Below, one piece after another: positions 28,926-38,097 of a stretch of 63,259 nucleotides of DNA. Position 1 is the stretch's first letter. Every line of letters starts with the position of its first letter. The stretch lies in sequence record DRR723986_5705. One strand, 5' to 3'. The translations under genes and the position numbers were made by a program. A model generated the notes under the pieces. That model did not search any database. It worked only from the letters and a program-made list of their open reading frames with translations, and was not told the origin of the DNA.

Positions 28926-29509
28926 CGTTTGGCCTCTATGCGAAACTTGACCGACCCTTGGGCCGTCAATTCTCCAGTGTCGTTGTTCAGCGTGGCACCT
29001 TGTGCTTCAAACCGTTGGCCCGGGCGGGTCACCAGCACATTCTTGTCGGTTGAAATTTCATTGGTGATGTTGTCGATTCGTATTTCTTCAGATTTCATGG
29101 TGGTCAGCAGCCCTTCGTTTTGACTGGTCACCACCACGTTGTCCCGCAAGAAAATTTCGTCAGTGTCAAGCAAGTACACACCTTTTTTGGCATTGCCTTT
29201 GATCATGCCATTGCCCGATTCAAACTGTTCCAGTTCGGGCTCGGTAATATTCCACACGTTGCCTTGCGGAATGTGCTCGGCTGCGCTGCTGCGGATGATT
29301 GAATATTTATTTTCAGCCAGGTCATGGCTTTGTACTGAAAAATTGCGCAGGTAGTAATCGCTGCTGGTCGGGTCGCTTTTGCCGCTGGCATTGAACAGGC
29401 TGAGTTCGGACTGAATCGCAAACCAGTATGAGGTGGCAGCGAGTGCGAACGTGAGCAGCAGCGGAATGAACTGCGATATCAGATTGAAAAAAGCCGCAAC
29501 GGGTTTCAC
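28922..29509 (-). CDS. lptC: LPS export protein LptC
   Basis: N-terminal TM plus beta-jellyroll pattern; between kdsC and lptA; GTG 29509 overlaps the kdsC stop. Confidence 0.82.
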   Translation of the reverse strand: MKPVAAFFNLISQFIPLLLTFALAATSYWFAIQSELSLFNASGKSDPTSSDYYLRNFSVQSHDLAENKYSIIRSSAAEHIPQGNVWNITEPELEQFESGNGMIKGNAKKGVYLLDTDEIFLRDNVVVTSQNEGLLTTMKSEEIRIDNITNEISTDKNVLVTRPGQRFEAQGATLNNDTGELTAQGSVKFRIEAKR

Positions 29510-30045
29510 GATGCTTCCCAGGGGTTTTGATAGCCGGCTTGGTGACTCAAAATGAAGTCGCACAATTCGCGGGCCGCACCATCGCCAGGTGGACGGGTGT
29601 TAATCCAGTTGGCGGCGTTTTTCATGGCCGCTGGTGAGTGCTGAGTGGTGGCGGCCAGGGCTACCTGCTTCAGCACCGGATAGTCGGGCCAATCGTCTCC
29701 GAAGAAACCGCATTCGCTCCACTCAAGCCCCAATAGTTGACGTATGTCGTCGTAGGCCTGCAGTTTGGTTTTGCAACCTTGAACCAGTTGGTAGATACCA
29801 AGGTCCTTGGCACGTCTTTCCACAATGACGCTTGAGCGGGCAGTGATCCAGATCACCTTGATGCCATGGTCCATCAGCAATCGAAGACCCTGACCATCAA
29901 ACACACTGAAGCGTTTCATGACCTCGCCTTCATTGCCGAAGTACAGGCCACCGTCAGTCAAAGTTCCATCTACATCAAAACCCATCAGTTTAATTTGCGC
30001 AGCTGCTTGGGCAGCCGTGGGTTGGCGGTCGGTCAAAGGATCCAT
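29506..30045 (-). CDS. kdsC: KDO-8-phosphate phosphatase
   Basis: HAD motif FDVDGTLTDG, GDDWPD, G.GAARE. Confidence 0.93.
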   Translation of the reverse strand: MDPLTDRQPTAAQAAAQIKLMGFDVDGTLTDGGLYFGNEGEVMKRFSVFDGQGLRLLMDHGIKVIWITARSSVIVERRAKDLGIYQLVQGCKTKLQAYDDIRQLLGLEWSECGFFGDDWPDYPVLKQVALAATTQHSPAAMKNAANWINTRPPGDGAARELCDFILSHQAGYQNPWEAS

Positions 30046-31037
30046 TACACCACCTTGGCTTCAAACAGGTCATGGAAATTCAGGGCACCGACAATATGCC
30101 CTTGCTCGTCCGTTACCACCACTTGGCTAATGTGGCTGACCTCCATCATGCGAACCGCCTCTACGGCCAATTTGTCGGGCGAAATGCATTTGGGCGCACT
30201 GTTCATGACTTCACTCACCAACAAACCTCGCAAATCCAGGCCCTGTTCGATCAGGCGACGCAGGTCCCCATCGGTGAAAACGCCCAATAGTTTGTTGTTG
30301 GCGCCGACCACGGCAGTCATCCCCAAGCCTTTTTTGGTAATTTCCAGAATGGCGCTGGATATGCTGGCCGATGGCGACACAGTGGGAATTCGATCGCCTT
30401 TGCGCATCACATCGCTGACATGAGTCAGCAGTTTGCGGCCCAGGCTGCCACCAGGATGCGAGAGTGCAAAGTCTTCTTCGCTGAAACCGCGCGCCTTGAG
30501 AACCACCACGGCGAGGGCGTCGCCCAAGGCCAGCGCCGCAGTTGTACTGGCTGTGGGCGCCAAATTCAGGGGGCAGGCTTCCTTTTCAACACCACAATCC
30601 AACACCAGGTCGGCCTGGCGAGCGAGTGCTGAATCGAGTTTTCCGGTCATCGCGACTATTTTGGCGCCCCGACGCGCAATGGCTGGTAGCACTGCCACCA
30701 ATTCTTCGGTGTTGCCGGAGTTGGACAGGGCAATCACCACGTCTTCCTGGGTGATCATCCCCAAATCGCCATGGGAGGCCTCAGTGGCATGCACGAAAAA
30801 TGAGGGAGTGCCGGTACTTGCAAAGGTGGCCGCAATTTTTTTGGCAATGAGGCCCGACTTGCCCACACCAATCAAGATAACCCGTCCCTTGCAGTTCAGT
30901 ATGGCGGTGGTGGCTTGGCTGAACTGCTGATTCAAGCGCTCGGCGAGCGCCGAGACAGCTTGTGCTTCAATGGCGAGCGCCTCCCTGGCCATGGCCAGAA
31001 AATCGTGCTTGTCATTATTCGACGGTGTTTTTGACAT
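30045..31037 (-). CDS. kdsD: Arabinose-5-phosphate isomerase (KpsF/GutQ)
   Basis: SIS domain (G.GKSG, EASHGDLG, EACPLNLAPTASTT, HPGGSLG) plus two CBS domains. Confidence 0.95.
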   Translation of the reverse strand: MSKTPSNNDKHDFLAMAREALAIEAQAVSALAERLNQQFSQATTAILNCKGRVILIGVGKSGLIAKKIAATFASTGTPSFFVHATEASHGDLGMITQEDVVIALSNSGNTEELVAVLPAIARRGAKIVAMTGKLDSALARQADLVLDCGVEKEACPLNLAPTASTTAALALGDALAVVVLKARGFSEEDFALSHPGGSLGRKLLTHVSDVMRKGDRIPTVSPSASISSAILEITKKGLGMTAVVGANNKLLGVFTDGDLRRLIEQGLDLRGLLVSEVMNSAPKCISPDKLAVEAVRMMEVSHISQVVVTDEQGHIVGALNFHDLFEAKVV

Positions 31038-31143
31038 GGTAGACCCTGATAGACTTAAGCAACTATAGTGCTTGAGGCTGTTTTCTTTTCAGGGCAGTAT
31101 AGCAAAGCGCGTGCCAATTCTCTTCACTTCCTAAGCATTAAAC

Positions 31144-33144
31144 GTGCCTAACGCTCTAGAGCTTTCTTTGATTTTGATGTTGGTCGCCGTGTTGGCGGTC
31201 TCGCTATTCCGTCACTGGAAGCTTCCAGCCATGCTGGGCTATCTGTTTGCAGGCACTCTGATCGGGCCATATTCGTTCGGCATCGTGCCCGATACACCCG
31301 AAACCCGGCACCTCGCGGAGTTTGGCGTTGTTTTCCTGATGTTTTCAATAGGGCTTGAGTTTAGCCTGCCCAAATTGCATGCCATGCGTCGCGTGGTGTT
31401 TGGCTTGGGTTTTGCTCAAGTTGGGTTGACCATGCTGGGCGTGATTGGCCTTGGCTTGTTGGCAGGCTATTTTCTGGAAGTGCCGCTGAGTACTGCATTT
31501 GTGCTGGCGGGGGCGGCTGCGATGTCTTCTACCGCTATTGTCAGCAAGTTGTTGTCAGAGCGACTTGAGCTGGATTCTCCGCACGGGCGTCAAATCATGG
31601 GCATTTTACTGTTTCAGGATTTGGCGGTAGTTCCGCTGCTCATCATCATTCCCGCGCTGGGACAGGGGGCCGAGAACCTGACCGTGACCTTGAGCCTGGC
31701 AGTGGTGAAGGCTGCCCTGGTGTTGGGGCTGATGTTGGTGTTTGGCCAGCGAATGATGAACTGGTGGATGACCTTCGTGGCCCGCAGCAAGTCGCAAGAA
31801 TTGTTTGTACTGAATGTGCTGTTGATCACCTTGGGGTTGGCTTGGCTGACAGAATTGGCCGAATTGTCGTTGGCCCTTGGCGCCTTTGTGGCGGGTATTC
31901 TGATTGCAGAGACCCAATACAAACATCAGGTGGAAGAAGACATCAAACCCTTCCGCGATGTGCTGTTGGGTTTGTTCTTCGTGACCACTGGCATGCTGCT
32001 GAATCCGCAGGTGGTCATGCAGAATTGGCACTGGGTAATTGTGCTGGCCGTATTGCCCGTGTTGGCCAAGCTGGTGTTGATCGCTGCACTGGCGCGAATA
32101 TTCGGTGCCAACATGGGCACCGCCATGAGAACCGGTATTTACCTGGCGCAGGCTGGTGAGTTTGGTTTTGTGTTGCTGGCCAACACAGGATCAGCTGGTT
32201 TCGGTTTGGTGCCCGACCCCTGGTTGCAAACCATCACGGCAAGCATGGTGCTTTCCATGTTGGCTGCGCCTTTCATGATTCAACATGCAGACCGGATCGT
32301 GCTGCGCTTTTCCAGTCAGGAGTGGTTGCAAAAGTCGCTTGAGTTGCACCAAATCGCCCAGAAAAGCCTTGCCACGACCAAGCATGTGCTGATTTGCGGT
32401 TTCGGCCGCAGTGGTCAGCACCTGGCCAGGTTGCTGGACCGCGAAGATCTGGATTATGTGGCTTTGGATTTGGATCCGGACCGTATTCGGGAGGCGACTG
32501 CTGCGGGTGACTCTGTGGTGTTTGGCGATGCCGCGAAGCGTGAAACACTGGTTGCCGCCGGTTTGCTGCGAGCATCGTGTGTGGTGGTTACCTTTGCGGA
32601 ATTCAAGTCCGCTGAAAAAGTGCTGACTGCAGTGCGTGCCCTGGCACCCAACGTACCGGTGGTGGTGCGCACGTATGATGAAAGTGATCTGGAAAAACTG
32701 ACAGCGGCCGGAGCCACCGAAGTGGTGCCCGAAATTCTTGAGGGCAGCTTGATGTTGGGTTCTCAGGCGTTGATGTTGCTGGGTGTGCCTGTCTCGCGGG
32801 TGGTCAAGCAGATTCGAGCCATTCGTGAATCACGTTACCAGATGTTTCGAGGGGTGTTTCGGGGTGTGGACGACGAGGCGGACAGGCCTGAAAATCAGTG
32901 GATTCGTTTGCACTCCGTGTTTGTGGAGCCGGGTGCCAGTGGCGTGGGCAAAAGTTTGGCCGAGTTAGGAATTCTCGATCTCGATATTGAAGTCAGCGCA
33001 ATTCGACGGCGCGGTATTCGGGGTGGAGATCCTTCCCCGGACACGCAACTGGAGTCGGGGGATATTCTTGTACTGAAAGGTCAGCCGGATGCCTTGAGCC
33101 TGGCGGAAGCCATCATTCTTGGCCGCAAGTCCATGGGGCGTTAA
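31144..33144 (+). CDS. CPA2 monovalent cation:proton antiporter (Kef-like) with TrkA-N and TrkA-C domains
   Basis: AEFGVVFLMF.IGLEF, LLFQD, PFRDVLLGLFF, GEFGFV, CGFGRSGQ Rossmann motif, C-terminal RCK-C. Confidence 0.93.
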   Translation: MPNALELSLILMLVAVLAVSLFRHWKLPAMLGYLFAGTLIGPYSFGIVPDTPETRHLAEFGVVFLMFSIGLEFSLPKLHAMRRVVFGLGFAQVGLTMLGVIGLGLLAGYFLEVPLSTAFVLAGAAAMSSTAIVSKLLSERLELDSPHGRQIMGILLFQDLAVVPLLIIIPALGQGAENLTVTLSLAVVKAALVLGLMLVFGQRMMNWWMTFVARSKSQELFVLNVLLITLGLAWLTELAELSLALGAFVAGILIAETQYKHQVEEDIKPFRDVLLGLFFVTTGMLLNPQVVMQNWHWVIVLAVLPVLAKLVLIAALARIFGANMGTAMRTGIYLAQAGEFGFVLLANTGSAGFGLVPDPWLQTITASMVLSMLAAPFMIQHADRIVLRFSSQEWLQKSLELHQIAQKSLATTKHVLICGFGRSGQHLARLLDREDLDYVALDLDPDRIREATAAGDSVVFGDAAKRETLVAAGLLRASCVVVTFAEFKSAEKVLTAVRALAPNVPVVVRTYDESDLEKLTAAGATEVVPEILEGSLMLGSQALMLLGVPVSRVVKQIRAIRESRYQMFRGVFRGVDDEADRPENQWIRLHSVFVEPGASGVGKSLAELGILDLDIEVSAIRRRGIRGGDPSPDTQLESGDILVLKGQPDALSLAEAIILGRKSMGR

Positions 33145-33153
33145 TCAGGCTTT

Positions 33154-33798
33154 TTAACGAATGATGTAGAGCGCCGCGCAGTCAGCGCCTTGTGCTTCGT
33201 CCCACTGGCCGGCTTCGGTGGTGCACAGGTCTTCTTCACCACTGAGCACTTGCACCGCACCGCGCAAGGGGTTGCCATCGTCGAGTTTTCGATCAATTTC
33301 TGCAAGCTGTGCGACAGGGATGGTTTCTCCGATGAGCAAGGCCATGGCATTTTCCCGAGAAGTAGGGCCTTGCATGGTGTGGTTCAGCTGATAGCGACCA
33401 CTGAACTGATTGCTCATGGTGCTGCTTGCCGTGCAGTTTCCAGAGGCATCAATGCCACCGGTGAAATCGCCCTGAATAAAGCCAGACAACTGAAGGTGGG
33501 TGAATACATCGCACGATTCATTACCCTCAATCAGGCCATTGCCGTTTCCGCCGTTGTTTGACAGGCCCGCTGCGCTAGCAGCAATGAAGTCGCCGGGCAA
33601 TGCTGAATAGCGAGCTTGAAATGCTGACAAGGCAGTTTCCAGGTTGGCGATGTCGGTGATGGTGGCTTGTACGCGGGCGCTGTTCAACAACTCACGTCCT
33701 TTCAGTACTCCGCCAGCGAGTATGGCCAGTACCGCCAAAGCGATGGCCAGTTCCAACAGTGAAAATCCGCGTTGAATGTGTTTGCGTGAATGTGTCAA
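33154..33798 (-). CDS. Type IV pilin-like protein (class III signal peptide)
   Basis: QRG|FSLLELAIAL with Glu5 and a hydrophobic helix; LPGD and IDRKLDDG motifs; four Cys. Confidence 0.88.
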   Translation of the reverse strand: MTHSRKHIQRGFSLLELAIALAVLAILAGGVLKGRELLNSARVQATITDIANLETALSAFQARYSALPGDFIAASAAGLSNNGGNGNGLIEGNESCDVFTHLQLSGFIQGDFTGGIDASGNCTASSTMSNQFSGRYQLNHTMQGPTSRENAMALLIGETIPVAQLAEIDRKLDDGNPLRGAVQVLSGEEDLCTTEAGQWDEAQGADCAALYIIR

Positions 33799-33799
33799 T

Positions 33800-34549
33800 T
33801 CAATTCTCCTGAATGTGTGGTGTGTCGAGTGCGCCGCGTTTCATCCAGAGCCAGTTCAGGCGCTCAAATGAGAGCCAGACCGGGTTGGCCGCGGGTTGAT
33901 CTGGATTGATGAAAAACTGTTGATACCGGTTTTGGTTTGCCTGGTCGGTCGTGGGGTATGCAAGCCAGACAGTGGTGGCATTGAGCAAGGTGTGGGCCCC
34001 ACAACCCGCATCCAGGTTGGAAGGCACGGCAAGTCCCCGCACAAGTTGACAAAGATGAATGGCCGGTAGTGGCCCTGAGCCCACTGGATGGTTCATTGTG
34101 TAGGGGGCCATGAGAATTTCGGTTAACTGTTGCGGGCTTAATTCTGCGAAAGGTTGTGTTGACACCAGTGCATTCTGGGCGGGCTCGCCGGCCTGTTCCA
34201 GCGTGGCCACTGCCATTTTCCACTGGCCACTGAGTCCCCAACTTGCCAGTGTGACAGTGGGAAGCCAGCCCTCCTTGTAGGTGCAGGCGTCGCCGCTGCG
34301 CAATTCAGCGCCGTTGGCGAGGCCTGCCGGGCAGGGCAGCCTGCCTGTCGCCAATACAAAGCCCTCCACGGCTTCAAGAATGCGTTGCCGGGATTCGAGG
34401 TGGATGAGTACTTTGTCTTTCTCGCGCTGACTGGTCAGGAGGTGAAGCACCGGCCCAAGAATGATGGCCATGAGTACAACAACCAGCGCGACTTCGATCA
34501 GCATGAACCCGTCCGAATTGAAGTTCGGGCTTGCTTGATGACGATTCAT
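33800..34549 (-). CDS. Type IV minor pilin-like protein
   Basis: DG|FMLIEVALVV with Glu5; GRLPCPA...C...G.LP motif. Confidence 0.82.
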   Translation of the reverse strand: MNRHQASPNFNSDGFMLIEVALVVVLMAIILGPVLHLLTSQREKDKVLIHLESRQRILEAVEGFVLATGRLPCPAGLANGAELRSGDACTYKEGWLPTVTLASWGLSGQWKMAVATLEQAGEPAQNALVSTQPFAELSPQQLTEILMAPYTMNHPVGSGPLPAIHLCQLVRGLAVPSNLDAGCGAHTLLNATTVWLAYPTTDQANQNRYQQFFINPDQPAANPVWLSFERLNWLWMKRGALDTPHIQEN

Positions 34550-35664
34550 GGTGCACCTGTCAGTTTGAAGGTGAATTGATCAAGGCTGGACAGGGTGTTG
34601 TCTGGCCATGAGAAGTGGCATAGGCAAGCCATGTTGTTTTGGCTCAGCGGGCACTGGTTGCTGTGGGTAGGGCGACATGATTTGTTGATGGCAGCGATGG
34701 GTTCGAAGTGGCTGACTGGCCACAGGTTTTTCATGCGGGCCGGCCCGTTGAATGTACAGGGTTGATTGCCCAGGCTGGTGCAATCCGTTTGCGCGTTGTC
34801 GCTGACGCAGTTTGGGTTGCTGTCCAGGCATGGCGCTGGCGATGTCCAGTTGCCTGTGTTTTGGCAATGGCAACTGCAGCGGGTTTTTGTGCAACGGCAT
34901 TGGCAACCCGAGTCAATCGGCTGAAACAGGTTAGAAAACGGGTCAACAAGCACCATGTTTTCATGGGTACTCGTGCTCGCGTTGAATTGCGGATTGAGTT
35001 GTTGCCAGGTGTTGAGTGTGCTTTTCAGCTGATGCTGTTGCACTCGTTTCATGTGGGTTTGTAATTCACTCAGGTGAACTAAAACATAGGGTGGTGAAAT
35101 GTCGTACTGATGTTCTGCAATGGGTGTAATTGATTTTGCGACCACCGCAACGATGTCTGTTTTGATGAGATTGTTCTCTGCGGGAATCCGAATCTGGATT
35201 GCCGGCCTGGCGTAGTTCACCCAACGACTCCAGCCCAAAGCGTTCGCTTGAATCAACTGGCTTGAAACTGCGTAATGCCATTGCATGTTGGTCGATGGTT
35301 CAAGTTCGTTGAAGCGCGCATCAACTCCTGCGTTCAGGTAGTTGATGGCAGTTTTGCTGCGTACGGGCAGGTAGCCCCAGGGTTTGTTCAAGCAAGTAGT
35401 TTGAGCAAAGTCGCCAGGTTGAATTGCGGGGCAAGGCAGGTGACCCAAATGACTTTGACTGTGCAAACCCTGGCTGGCAGCGAAGCCCAGGAGGCTGGCC
35501 CGAATTTGTTCAAGCACCTGGGTTTCACGGGCCTTTTGCTGAAGCTGCAGGCTTTGCCTGAACGCTTCATTGTTGTGAAATTCCAGGGTGGCAAACCCCA
35601 GCATCAGCATCAGAATTAAAAGTGCAAACAATGAATAGCCCTGTTGTTGAAACATGCTTTTCAT
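34546..35664 (-). CDS. Glu5-less (GspK/PilX-like) pilin-like protein with Cys-rich C-terminal domain
   Basis: QQG|YSLFALLIL, no Glu5; G.LPCPA...C...GYLP shared with the neighbouring gene; 14 Cys in the last ~120 aa; ATGA overlaps. Confidence 0.7.
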   Translation of the reverse strand: MKSMFQQQGYSLFALLILMLMLGFATLEFHNNEAFRQSLQLQQKARETQVLEQIRASLLGFAASQGLHSQSHLGHLPCPAIQPGDFAQTTCLNKPWGYLPVRSKTAINYLNAGVDARFNELEPSTNMQWHYAVSSQLIQANALGWSRWVNYARPAIQIRIPAENNLIKTDIVAVVAKSITPIAEHQYDISPPYVLVHLSELQTHMKRVQQHQLKSTLNTWQQLNPQFNASTSTHENMVLVDPFSNLFQPIDSGCQCRCTKTRCSCHCQNTGNWTSPAPCLDSNPNCVSDNAQTDCTSLGNQPCTFNGPARMKNLWPVSHFEPIAAINKSCRPTHSNQCPLSQNNMACLCHFSWPDNTLSSLDQFTFKLTGAP

Positions 35665-36206
35665 GGCAGCCACTTTTTTTGAACAGGATCAAAGGTGGTT
35701 TGACCTCGTTGGGTAATGATCCAACCTTGCACTTTGTAGGCGGGCGCTGAAATTTTCGCTGCGGGTTCTTCAGCCTTTGTTGCCGTTGGCATCGAGGTTG
35801 CTACAAAAAGGTTTTTGCCGGGCAGGGGGTTGTTGATCGCAACATTCGATCGAGTGCTGGAGGGCTCTTTGCCAAAGCACAACAGGTAAAACGGTGTGTC
35901 AACTGGGGCGGGTTTTGTTTCCACAAGGCATTGCCCTGAATCGGGTTGTTTGGTGTTTATCCAAGTGGTCCAGGTTTGCCACAAGTCGGCTTCAGTATTG
36001 AATTGTTGCTCCAGAAAAAGAGTTTTTCGCACTGGCACTGATTGCTGAATTTGCAGGTTTGGCTTTTGATTCAGTTGTTGTTCAATTTCCATGTTGCGCA
36101 GGGCGATGAGTGCAAAAAGGGCCACAAGCAACAACGCCAAATCGATTGCAGGGCGAACCCAGCGAAAGCCAACAATTCTCTGTGTTGTCGTTGTCAGTTT
36201 GCTCAT
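35661..36206 (-). CDS. Bitopic membrane hypothetical protein, candidate alignment-complex component
   Basis: One N-terminal TM (AIDLALLLVALFALIAL); ATGA overlaps with both neighbours in the filament operon. Confidence 0.55.
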   Translation of the reverse strand: MSKLTTTTQRIVGFRWVRPAIDLALLLVALFALIALRNMEIEQQLNQKPNLQIQQSVPVRKTLFLEQQFNTEADLWQTWTTWINTKQPDSGQCLVETKPAPVDTPFYLLCFGKEPSSTRSNVAINNPLPGKNLFVATSMPTATKAEEPAAKISAPAYKVQGWIITQRGQTTFDPVQKKWLP

Positions 36207-37063
36207 TGGTTTGTTGCCCCAACTGAGCATTGCGCTTGGGTGGAACTATTGAGCGAGCAGCCTTTGGGTACTCGTTTTCGCGCCCGGGACAAATCTGCAG
36301 TGGTCAGAATTTCTCCCTGTTCGTCCCACGATATTTTCAGTGAAAGCAGGTTGGCGCGTTCGTCTTGACCAAATTTTCGAATCTGTTCCAACCAACCCGC
36401 GAATGGCGCTTCTTTGGCGTTGCGAGGCGCAGCACCGAGCGAATTCTTGAGGTGCTGAAGATTCGCTTTCTCGAGTTTTGATTGTTGTTGATTTGTATGC
36501 CAACTCATCAAAAGAAAAGTACCCAGCACACAAGCAACTGCGGCACTGCGAACTGCCTGATAATGGCCAGAAGGTTTGACCCACAAGCCCAGATAAAGTT
36601 GAAGGCTGCTGCGGAATTGGCTGACACCTGATTTGTTTGAACTCAAGAAGTACTTCAGGTGTTTGAATTCGTGCGTATTCAGAAGTGCCATGTGAACAGC
36701 GCGATTGAATTGTGCAGATTTTTCCGACGAAATAATCCGAACGTTTTGTCCCATGCTGCGCAGTTCGGTCAACGCCTCTTGGTGAAAGGCTGTTGCCGGT
36801 GATTCAATAATTCTCGGCGGGTCTTCTGCAATTCCAGCCCAGCGGTGCTCTGCCCAGGGTGGGGTCGCGATCTTGTTCTGGAATACATTGAGGTACACAA
36901 GCGTGTCTGGCAGGCTGAAGCTGGAAAGTGCAATTGCACTGCCACTAAACTCACTGTAGGGAAGGCGCTGTTCTTCTGCCCATCGCTGGTCTTGTTGCCG
37001 AAACAGAATTGCGTGGCCCTGCTCAATCACCCACACATCAGCATGCATTGGTGTGGTTGTCAT
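36203..37063 (-). CDS. Hypothetical protein with GspL / PilM-PilN-like topology
   Basis: About 170-aa soluble N-terminus, one TM (SAAVACVLGTFLLMSW), short C-terminal domain; coupled to the GspF-like gene. Confidence 0.5.
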   Translation of the reverse strand: MTTTPMHADVWVIEQGHAILFRQQDQRWAEEQRLPYSEFSGSAIALSSFSLPDTLVYLNVFQNKIATPPWAEHRWAGIAEDPPRIIESPATAFHQEALTELRSMGQNVRIISSEKSAQFNRAVHMALLNTHEFKHLKYFLSSNKSGVSQFRSSLQLYLGLWVKPSGHYQAVRSAAVACVLGTFLLMSWHTNQQQSKLEKANLQHLKNSLGAAPRNAKEAPFAGWLEQIRKFGQDERANLLSLKISWDEQGEILTTADLSRARKRVPKGCSLNSSTQAQCSVGATNQ

Positions 37064-38097
37064 GACAGGCCAGTCAGGTTGTTGTAGAGCGGTGCCAATG
37101 TGAATTGATAGGCCAGCGCAAGGGTAAGTGCGGCAATGGCCAAGGCCATTGAAGGCAAGGTGTTTTGCAGGCGTTGTTGGTTTTCCCTTGCCCGCATTTC
37201 GTATACTTTTGAGGCCAGGAAAAAGCAGTAAGCAAGGTTGCCGGTTTGCTCGGCCAGTTGACTTTGACGCACCAGAAAACCAGGTGCGCCGGCTGCCTGC
37301 ATCGACTGGCTTAGTGACATGCCCAATTTTAACTGTTGTTGAATGCCCAGCATCAGCGTGTTAAGCCTGTGCAGGGTTTTCGTTGACAGGTTCGTACCAC
37401 CCCACCAGGTTGCTGTGGGCAGGGTGCGGTGGCGTAGGCAGTGCATCAAGTCCAGACCGGCATGGAGTTCGCATGCAATCACATGATAAAAATTCGATGT
37501 AAGCCAAAGATTGTTCGGCAGTAGCGTTTGTGATTCAGTTTGATTGTTGGTGGGTCTGAATTTGAAGAAAGCGGCAATAGTCAACACGACAATACCGATG
37601 AAAAGCAGGCCGTCTGACAATGTAAAGGTGGGTGTGGACGTGTTAGTTTCTTGTATTAAATGCGGTGCACTCACGTAATGTAGCAATACCCAGCACGCGC
37701 AGGCCAGCGTTAAAACCAGCATTGGATAAACAAGGCTTTTACCCAAGGTGTATTGTGCATCGCTGGTGGTCTTCCAGCGATCCAGTTGGGTTTGTAAGGC
37801 CAAGCCAAGATCACCACTGGCTTGTGCACACACCAGTGCAATTTCCAGGTGCATGGGCACTTTGCCGAATGCGGCACGAAAGGCGGTTTGAATGTTCTGC
37901 CCTTCTTGAAGAAAGTGTGATGTCCGGGATAAGCCCAGGTTTAAAAGATTCCCTCGTGAATGACCATTTTGCAGTTCACTGCTCAGTGAAAGCGCATCAA
38001 GCGCGGGCATGCCAGACTCCAACAATTCAGCCCATTGGCCTAACCAGGTACGCCAGGTGGCTGGCTTTATTCTGTCGCCCAGTGGCTTAGTTTTCAT
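37060..38097 (-). CDS. GspF/PilC-family inner-membrane platform protein (divergent)
   Basis: QWAELLESGMPALDAL, ASGDL, LVYP followed by a TM, second repeat with EQTGNL, three TMs. Confidence 0.8.
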   Translation of the reverse strand: MKTKPLGDRIKPATWRTWLGQWAELLESGMPALDALSLSSELQNGHSRGNLLNLGLSRTSHFLQEGQNIQTAFRAAFGKVPMHLEIALVCAQASGDLGLALQTQLDRWKTTSDAQYTLGKSLVYPMLVLTLACACWVLLHYVSAPHLIQETNTSTPTFTLSDGLLFIGIVVLTIAAFFKFRPTNNQTESQTLLPNNLWLTSNFYHVIACELHAGLDLMHCLRHRTLPTATWWGGTNLSTKTLHRLNTLMLGIQQQLKLGMSLSQSMQAAGAPGFLVRQSQLAEQTGNLAYCFFLASKVYEMRARENQQRLQNTLPSMALAIAALTLALAYQFTLAPLYNNLTGLS

